NCBI GenBank assembly: GCA_004297735.1
Contig: SCTI01000002.1
Span: 160 to 64,159 of the forward strand
Direction of reading: 5' to 3'
Origin: Patescibacteria group bacterium
GTDB taxonomy: Bacteria; Patescibacteriota; Saccharimonadia; UBA4664; SCTI01
Length of the DNA stretch: 64,000 nt
Positions 58,249 to 64,000 of the stretch are shown here, piece after piece. The position numbers were made by a program, and so were the translations under genes. The notes under the pieces were generated by a model. It ran no database searches. It was given only the letters and a program-made list of their open reading frames with translations, and had not been told where the DNA came from. Numbering within the stretch: the stretch's first letter is position 1; every line of letters starts with the position of its first letter.

Positions 58249-58460
58249 CTAAACACACAAAACCTCTCGTCGGCAGGAGTCCAATGTGGACGGTTCCATC
58301 CTGCTTCCCGAGAGGGCACTTAATTCGCACTTTTTACGCCGTACTCGCGTCTGGTTCTACTTGGTCTAAACCGTTCTTCCAGCTGCTTCGCGGGTGATAA
58401 CCGCTCATGAACCGAGGTTCAATGCATGTGTAATTGTACCCTTACAATACCGGTATTTTA

Positions 58461-58721
58461 TCAGCCTAGCAAGCTGTTGGCGCCCTGGACCAACAGCTGC
58501 ATTAGCAAAAAAGCGACCAGCGGAGCAAAATCAATCATCTGTGTCTTTGGCAGAATCATCCGAATTGGTATTAATACTGGCTCGGTTAAATCAACCAATA
58601 GCGCGCCAAAACCGCCCTTGGGGTTTGGGTCGATCCAGCTCATTAATACGCGCGCCAATAAAACGATATTAAAAATAAAGACAAATAAATTAATAAAATT
58701 TAAAGAAAACTCGGCTAGCAT
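58461..58721 (-). CDS. YggT family membrane protein
   Basis: 86 aa, two TM, RVLMSWI...P signature region. Confidence 0.5.
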   Translation of the reverse strand: MLAEFSLNFINLFVFIFNIVLLARVLMSWIDPNPKGGFGALLVDLTEPVLIPIRMILPKTQMIDFAPLVAFLLMQLLVQGANSLLG

Positions 58722-58725
58722 TGGC

Positions 58726-59070
58726 TTATAAACCGCCTCGGTAGGCGTCGGCCACTCGCTGTGGAGCCGGTAGCTCGCTCTCCCATTTTGCGGTCAAGGA
58801 GCCATCGCCATCGGTCACTAGTATCGCCGGTCGCTGCATTACCCCATACAGCTCGGCCAAAGCGATGCCGTCGCGGCTGTCCGCGTCAAGCAAATCAACC
58901 GTAATACCCTCTTCACGCTCAAGTTTGCGCACCAAGTAGTCAATGTGGCGATCAGCCGGGGTACTTTTAGTAAACAGCAACGTAACTTTCATGCTTACAA
59001 GTATACCAAATATAAAAGCGCTTTCGCGCCCCGAGTCATTTGTGACCCGAGGCGCTAACCAGTAGCTCAT
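58726..59070 (-). CDS. hypothetical protein
   Basis: ORF of 114 aa; likely start MKVTLLF (about 58992); no family recognised. Confidence 0.3.
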   Translation of the reverse strand: MSYWLAPRVTNDSGRESAFIFGILVSMKVTLLFTKSTPADRHIDYLVRKLEREEGITVDLLDADSRDGIALAELYGVMQRPAILVTDGDGSLTAKWESELPAPQRVADAYRGGL

Positions 59071-59387
59071 GCCAGGGATTCCTCCGGCGGCTCAACGTCG
59101 CAAACACCCCTCAACCAGAGCTCGGTATCGAGCTGGTGCGCGAAGCGCTTGAGGCTGAGATTGCGCCCAACCTTGACGTCAACCGAGACGGAGGTCGAAA
59201 AGTCTCTACCCTCGCCAAAGCGCTCAAGCGCTCGGCGATCCTCCGGGCTGATGTATTCTGGTCCACCTATTCCAGAGTGGTCCAGGCGAACCAGCAACTT
59301 GCAGGCAGATAAGGCTGATTTGACGGTCAGGCGATACGTGGGCGGCTCCTTAAGCATTACTCCTCCTCGCAATTGGTGACCCAACAA
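59067..59387 (-). CDS. hypothetical protein
   Basis: 106 aa ORF; no family recognised. Confidence 0.3.
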   Translation of the reverse strand: MLGHQLRGGVMLKEPPTYRLTVKSALSACKLLVRLDHSGIGGPEYISPEDRRALERFGEGRDFSTSVSVDVKVGRNLSLKRFAHQLDTELWLRGVCDVEPPEESLA

Positions 59388-59407
59388 AAAAGAGTCCGCT
59401 TGGACTC
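59384..59407 (-). terminator. rho-independent terminator
   Basis: GAGTCC-gctt-GGACTC followed by T7 on the minus strand. Confidence 0.6.
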
Positions 59408-59434
59408 CCTACTGCGTTTGCTTGTGCGTTTAAG

Positions 59435-59527
59435 CTACGATGAAGTCCGAGGTTGATGGCCAAGCATCAGCAGGCCGCTCACGACGAGCAGGACTACGGT
59501 GACGAGACTGTTACCAACGGTCTTCAT
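59435..59527 (-). CDS. candidate leaderless 30-aa hydrophobic peptide
   Basis: MKTVGNSLVTVVLLVVSGLLMLGHQPRTSS; promoter TTGACA(59558-59563)-17 nt-TAGTCT(59535-59540) with ATG 7 nt after the -10; terminator 28 nt after the stop. Confidence 0.3.
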   Translation of the reverse strand: MKTVGNSLVTVVLLVVSGLLMLGHQPRTSS

Positions 59528-59764
59528 ACGGCTTAGACTACGCCTCCAATTTAATGATGTCAACAGATTAAGATAAGAAAGTTTCGGACCGGGCCCGACG
59601 CCTTCCCTTTGCAGAGAAAGTGTCGGAACCCAGCCCGTGTCTGCCCTCGGCCGTCAACCGAAGGCTAGATGTAGATCACTATCCTTTCCACCCCTGGTCG
59701 TGATCAAAATACCAAGGGATAACCTCGCCGACGGGATGCCGGCAAGACTGCTGCGACGGACGAC

Positions 59765-62700
59765 CTAGCTGCAGCCGGCGGTGCTGCCACAGCTATTGCA
59801 GACGGGGCAAGGCCCACCCTTGCGAACCATCAAGCCACCGCAATCGGAACAGATGCCCGCCACGGACAGGCCGAGGTAGGTAAGCGGCTGCTCCGCAGGC
59901 GAATCCGGCTTGCTACCGTCACCGGTTGTCGAAACAGCAAGCTCCTGCTGAGCTGCCTCCGCGTACTCGACCGGAGTCGACCCACCGGCATCCTCAGCCA
60001 TCTTGCGCTTGCGCACCTCAGGCGTCAAGATGCCGAGCTCCTCCTGGACATCCGTATCCAGGAAGCGGCTGGCCAGCCAGCGCATGATGTAGTCCGGCAG
60101 ACTCTTGGCGAACGGGATCTCGATGTTCTCGGTGATCCCTTCCGGCTCGAATCGCACGAAGCTGAACTTCTCCACCAGCGTCTCAAGCGGCACCCCGTAC
60201 TGGAGCGCGATCGAGATCGCCGTGGCGAAGGAGTTCATCATGCCCTTGAGCGCTGAGCCTTCCTTGCCGAGACCGTTGATGAAGATCTCTCCCATCGTCC
60301 CGTCCTCGTACATACCGGCCACAATGTAGCCTTCGTGACCTCCGAGGACGAACTTGTGAGTGATCGACTTGCGCTCCCGCGGCATCCTCCGGCGAGCCGG
60401 TGTGCCGCGAGCGATCTCGACGAGGATCAGGGTGATCATCTCCGACTCGTCCGCCGTCAGGACCTTGCGGTCACCAATGAGGGACTCGTAGAGATCGCCG
60501 ACTGCCTTGAGTGTGGGCACGCCCTTGATCAGGGCATGCTCGAACACCTCGCACAAGGCCTCGACCGCCGCGCGCTGGATCGGCTCGCCGAGCTCAACGC
60601 CCGACTCGCCCTTACCCATCTGCGCGTCCGTGCGCAGCGCCTGGGCGGTCTTGGACCCATCGCGGTAGATGGCCAGAGCCTTGACGCCGAGGCGCCAGGC
60701 CTGGGTGTACGCGTCAGCGATGTCCTCGACGGTGGTCTCCTGCGGCATGTTGACCGTCTTGGAGATCGCACCGCTGATGAACGGCTGAACCGCACCCATC
60801 ATCTTGATGTGGCCCATGTGGCTGATCGCCCGCTCGCCGACCGCGACATCGAACACCGGCAGGTGCTTCGGGTCGAGACCCGGAGCGCCGATGATCGTGC
60901 CGTGCTCGGTGATGTACTCCTCGATGACCTCGATCTTCTGGTCGTTGTACCCGAGGGTACGCAGAGCCAGCGGAACCGTCCGGTTAGGGATGGTCATCTG
61001 ACCGCCACCAACCAGCTCCTTGAACTTGACCAGCGAGAAGTCCGGCTCGACGCCGGTGGTGTCGCAGTCCATCAGGAACGAGATCGTCCCCGTCGGTGCG
61101 AGCACCGTGGCCTGCGCGTTGCGGTAGCCGTGCTGCTCGCCGAGCGTGACCGCCTGATGCCAGGCAAGGCGCGCCTCGGCCAGCAGATCCATGTCACGAA
61201 TGTGACCATCCGGGATCTGCTGTGCGGCGTCATGGTGCATCCGCATCACCTTGTTGTGCGGCTCGCGGTTATCGGCGTACCTGTCGTACGGACCGATGGC
61301 CGCCGCGATCTTGGCCGACTGAGCGTAAGCCCGACCGGTCATGAGCGCGGTGATGGCCGCCGCCGTTGCCCGACCCTTGTCGGAGTCGTACGGCATGCCG
61401 TTGGCCATCAGGTAGGCACCGAGGTTGGCGTACCCCAGGCCGAGCTGACGGAACGCTCGCGCGTTATCACCGATCTCCTCCGTCGGGTAGGACGAAGGGC
61501 CAACGATGATCTCCTGCGCCAGGAACACGATGTCCACCGCTTGCTTGAAGCGCTCGGTGTCGAACGTGCCATCCTCACGCCGGAACTTCATCAGGTTCAG
61601 CGAGGCCAGGTTGCAGGCCGAGTCATCGACATGCATGTACTCGCTGCACGGGTTCGAGGCGTTGATGCGCCCCGAGTTCGGATCGGTGTGCCACTGGTTG
61701 ATGGTGGTGTCGTACTGCACGCCAGGGTCGGCACAGCGCCAGGCCGCCTCCGCGATGTCTCGCATCAGGTCCCGAGCCGGAATCGGATCGCCGACCGGAT
61801 CCCCGGTCTTGCGAGCGATCAGGTGCCAGTCCTCGTCGTTCTCGACCGCCTGCATGAACTCGTCCGACACGCGGACCGAGTTGTTGGCGTTCTGGTACTG
61901 AACGTGCCTGAAGCCGCGACCGTCGATGGACATGTCGAAGCCCTTTTCCTGCAGAGCCCCGGCCACCTCTTCGGCCTCGACCTTACACCAGATGAACTCC
62001 CGGATGTCCGGGTGGTCCACGTCCAGCACTACCATCTTGGCCGCCCGACGTGTCTTGCCGCCGGACTTGATGGTGCCGGCCCAGGAGTCGGCGCCACGCA
62101 TGAACGACACCGGTCCGCTGGCCGTGCCGCCCTTGCTCAGCGGCTCCATCGAACCGCGGATCGCCGACAGGTTGATGCCGGAACCGGAGCCGCCGCGGAA
62201 GATCTTACCCTCCCGCGTGTTCCAGTCCAGGATCGAATCCATCGTGTCCTCGACACTCAGGATGAAGCAGGCCGAGCACTGCGGGTTCTCTTCGAACCCG
62301 ACGTTGAACCAGACCGGGCTGTTGAAAGCCGCCGCCTGGTCCAGCAGCAGGAAGAGCAGCTCGTCGTAGAAGATCGAGGCCGGGTGATCGGGCTCCTGCT
62401 CACGCAGAACCTCGATCTTCCCCCGCCCAGGACCGAAGTAGCCCCTGGCCATACCCCACTGGGTGATGGTCTTGGCAACCCGGCCGGTCATCTGCCTGAC
62501 CGAGCGCTCACGCGTCGGTGAGCCCAGCTGTCCGCGGAAGTACTTCTGCGCCACGATGTTGGTGGCGTTCTGGCTCCACAACTTCGGGAACTCGACGTCC
62601 TTCTGCTCGAACGCGACCTTGTCGCCGTGACCGATGCGCGCGTCACGGGTCTCCCAGTCGACGGTGTCGAACGGGTGCACGCCCTCCTTGGTGAAGTAGC

Positions 62701-62782
62701 GCGTGATCTTGAGAGGCTTGCTAGCTACGCCGTTATGGGGCGCCGCCAGCGTCTGCTGACCTTCGGTTTCGGTCGATGCCAT
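59765..62782 (-). CDS. nrdJ: class II (adenosylcobalamin-dependent) ribonucleoside-diphosphate reductase NrdJ, actinobacterial type, high-GC
   Basis: 1005 aa; RNR barrel motifs, C-terminal CxxC...CxxC ribbon; about 63% GC with GC3-rich codons, unlike nrdR upstream. Confidence 0.9.
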   Translation of the reverse strand: MASTETEGQQTLAAPHNGVASKPLKITRYFTKEGVHPFDTVDWETRDARIGHGDKVAFEQKDVEFPKLWSQNATNIVAQKYFRGQLGSPTRERSVRQMTGRVAKTITQWGMARGYFGPGRGKIEVLREQEPDHPASIFYDELLFLLLDQAAAFNSPVWFNVGFEENPQCSACFILSVEDTMDSILDWNTREGKIFRGGSGSGINLSAIRGSMEPLSKGGTASGPVSFMRGADSWAGTIKSGGKTRRAAKMVVLDVDHPDIREFIWCKVEAEEVAGALQEKGFDMSIDGRGFRHVQYQNANNSVRVSDEFMQAVENDEDWHLIARKTGDPVGDPIPARDLMRDIAEAAWRCADPGVQYDTTINQWHTDPNSGRINASNPCSEYMHVDDSACNLASLNLMKFRREDGTFDTERFKQAVDIVFLAQEIIVGPSSYPTEEIGDNARAFRQLGLGYANLGAYLMANGMPYDSDKGRATAAAITALMTGRAYAQSAKIAAAIGPYDRYADNREPHNKVMRMHHDAAQQIPDGHIRDMDLLAEARLAWHQAVTLGEQHGYRNAQATVLAPTGTISFLMDCDTTGVEPDFSLVKFKELVGGGQMTIPNRTVPLALRTLGYNDQKIEVIEEYITEHGTIIGAPGLDPKHLPVFDVAVGERAISHMGHIKMMGAVQPFISGAISKTVNMPQETTVEDIADAYTQAWRLGVKALAIYRDGSKTAQALRTDAQMGKGESGVELGEPIQRAAVEALCEVFEHALIKGVPTLKAVGDLYESLIGDRKVLTADESEMITLILVEIARGTPARRRMPRERKSITHKFVLGGHEGYIVAGMYEDGTMGEIFINGLGKEGSALKGMMNSFATAISIALQYGVPLETLVEKFSFVRFEPEGITENIEIPFAKSLPDYIMRWLASRFLDTDVQEELGILTPEVRKRKMAEDAGGSTPVEYAEAAQQELAVSTTGDGSKPDSPAEQPLTYLGLSVAGICSDCGGLMVRKGGPCPVCNSCGSTAGCS

Positions 62783-62936
62783 TGAGCATCTTCCCCTTTC
62801 TGCCTACAGGCAGTCGTTGATAGGCTGCCTGGCGGCAGTACTACGTAGTTGGCTTGTCAAAGACCTTTCGGATACAAACGTACTGTTAGATACCCGTGAG
62901 ATGGCTGCGCGAAGCAGCTACCACACGGACCCCCAA

Positions 62937-63401
62937 CTATCTTTTTAATGGACGGCGCTTTAGTCTAGCCAGTTCGGCTTCAAACGACTCCACATCGGTA
63001 AAGGAGCGATACACGCTAGCAAAGCGGACATAAGCCACGTCATCAAGCTCCAGCAAGTGATCCATGGCCAGCTCGCCAATTCGCTCCACCGACACCTCCG
63101 GCTCCCCCAGCGAACGAAGTTCACGCTCAATCTGGTTGATGGTTTCCTCAAGCTGCGAAGCGGCAACCGGACGCTTTTCGCAAGCCCGGTACAGCCCGCC
63201 AGCCAGCTTTTGACGATCAAATGGCTCACGGCGGCCGTCCTTCTTTATAATGGTCAGTCGAGGCTGTTCGGTTCGTTCGTAGGTGGTAAAACGAAAGCTA
63301 CACTTTAGACACTGACGCCGACGGCGGATTTGAGCGCCGTCCTCTAAGTCGCGCGACTCAATCACCTTAGAATCTAAGTAACCACAATCTGGGCATCTCA
63401 T
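62937..63401 (-). CDS. nrdR: transcriptional repressor NrdR
   Basis: 154 aa; N-terminal Zn ribbon CPxC...CxxC plus ATP-cone; host-like GC of about 54%. Confidence 0.9.
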   Translation of the reverse strand: MRCPDCGYLDSKVIESRDLEDGAQIRRRRQCLKCSFRFTTYERTEQPRLTIIKKDGRREPFDRQKLAGGLYRACEKRPVAASQLEETINQIERELRSLGEPEVSVERIGELAMDHLLELDDVAYVRFASVYRSFTDVESFEAELARLKRRPLKR

Positions 63402-63443
63402 ACCGAAACAGTCTCCCCTACACCGATTTAAAATGAGCGATTA

Positions 63444-63496
63444 ACACCACCCTTGGTGTATTATTCTTGTGCTTACTCCATATCTAGCGTAAGCAC
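63444..63496 (-). promoter_or_regulatory. two palindromes upstream of nrdR (candidate NrdR boxes)
   Basis: ACACCACCCTTGGTGT (63444-63459, ACAC...GTGT ends) and GTGCTTAC-N12-GTAAGCAC (63469-63496); centres 31 bp apart. Confidence 0.3.
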
Positions 63497-63605
63497 TATC
63501 TACTATAACGCTTGTGCTCCTATGGATGTCAATCTTGATTTTAGGTATAAATGTTAGGTAAATAATTTTGACCTAGGTTCACTTCGCGTGAACCAGGTCC
63601 ACAGT

Positions 63606-64000
63606 CTAGTGCTTGCGGCGGCGGATGAAGGCCGGTACATCCAGGTCGTCATCGCTAACTCGACCGGTAACCGCGCCGGCGGCTCGCTGGATTAGCGAAC
63701 GAGCACCCTTTTTAGCAGGCTCGGGCGAAGCGCTGGGCTTGGCGGTCTTTTTTGGCTCATCATTAAATAGATCGTGGTCGTCATCGTCGTGATCAGCTGG
63801 GGTGGCCTCGTCTTCCGGCTCAATTGAGCTAACGGTGGGCTGAGGTTTCTTGGCAAACAGGTCATCTTCATCAGCCGTGCTGTCGGCCGAATCGATCGAA
63901 GCTGAGCTGGTTTGTTCATCAATAAAAGGCTTGGCGGCAAACCGATGGGCCACCGGCTGTGGTTCTGGCTCCGGCTCATCAACCTTAATATCGATGGCGG
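63606..64000 (-). CDS. ftsZ: cell division protein FtsZ, C-terminal part (5' end outside window)
   Basis: acidic disordered linker ending in the conserved C-terminal peptide DDLDVPAFIRRRKH; frame stays open to the window edge. Confidence 0.5.
   Translation of the reverse strand, partial: AIDIKVDEPEPEPQPVAHRFAAKPFIDEQTSSASIDSADSTADEDDLFAKKPQPTVSSIEPEDEATPADHDDDDHDLFNDEPKKTAKPSASPEPAKKGARSLIQRAAGAVTGRVSDDDLDVPAFIRRRKH

Noticed and set aside
58138-58460. T-box riboswitch upstream of ileS
   Set aside because: No AGGGTGGNACCGCG T-box sequence or specifier-loop arrangement in the leader. The double-hairpin element is reported as an uncharacterised regulatory structure instead.
60335-62521. 728-aa plus-strand ORF inside nrdJ
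   Set aside because: Antisense shadow ORF of the nrdJ coding region (Arg/Leu/Asp-rich, no start context). nrdJ on the minus strand has clear RNR motifs.
62841-62900. promoter for nrdJ in the nrdR-nrdJ spacer based on a TTGACA hexamer
   Set aside because: No acceptable -10 at 16-19 nt spacing. nrdJ is more likely co-transcribed with nrdR. The 10-bp palindrome ACTACGTAGT there is noted but has no clear function.
1-64000. CRISPR arrays, rRNA genes, IS/transposase genes
   Set aside because: No regularly spaced direct repeats, no rRNA-like sequence and no transposase-like ORFs were seen. The only recombinase is the large serine recombinase at 53269-55002.

Overview
The window is a compact chromosomal segment with about 50-55% GC. 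Genes are tightly packed and mostly on the minus strand. The gene content fits a Gram-positive-type, reduced-genome bacterium, plausibly a Candidatus Saccharibacteria/CPR-like organism, but that assignment is inference only.

The backbone carries: part of the dcw cluster (ftsL, rsmH, mraZ); glyQS and recO; a PAS/GAF sensor kinase with a response regulator; xseAB; rpmA; ctpA; the FtsEX-PcsB-like divisome hydrolase module; prfB; secA, hpf, serS, class I lysS and greA; mreBCD-mrdA; proS, rseP, uppS, frr, tsf and rpsB; rpmE-prfA-prmC; htrA; an LCP protein and lepB; parAB; a class E sortase with an LAxTG substrate; rplU; ftsW/rodA; ileS and yggT; nrdR-nrdJ; and the 3' end of ftsZ.

Superimposed on this backbone are four compositionally foreign, actinobacteria-like segments of roughly 62-66% GC.
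- A 0.4-kb insert with one small basic protein (2.2-2.6 kb).
- A ~3.7-kb island (18.0-21.7 kb) encoding three secreted or membrane proteins. All four foreign ORFs sit behind the same AT-rich promoter module, ATTGACAAAA-N13-TAnnnT.
- A ~2.7-kb integrative mini-element (52.27-55.02 kb) carrying a large serine recombinase. It is inserted into the 3' end of a ~70-nt tRNA-like RNA gene that lacks an anticodon arm and resembles the tRNA-like domain of tmRNA. A second, terminator-flanked copy of this RNA gene lies at 40.06-40.15 kb.
- A high-GC nrdJ (class II RNR) gene sitting behind a host-like nrdR.

Other candidates are a leaderless 30-aa hydrophobic peptide gene with its own promoter and terminator, a 56-aa protein gene under a palindromic operator, and a double-hairpin leader in front of ileS.
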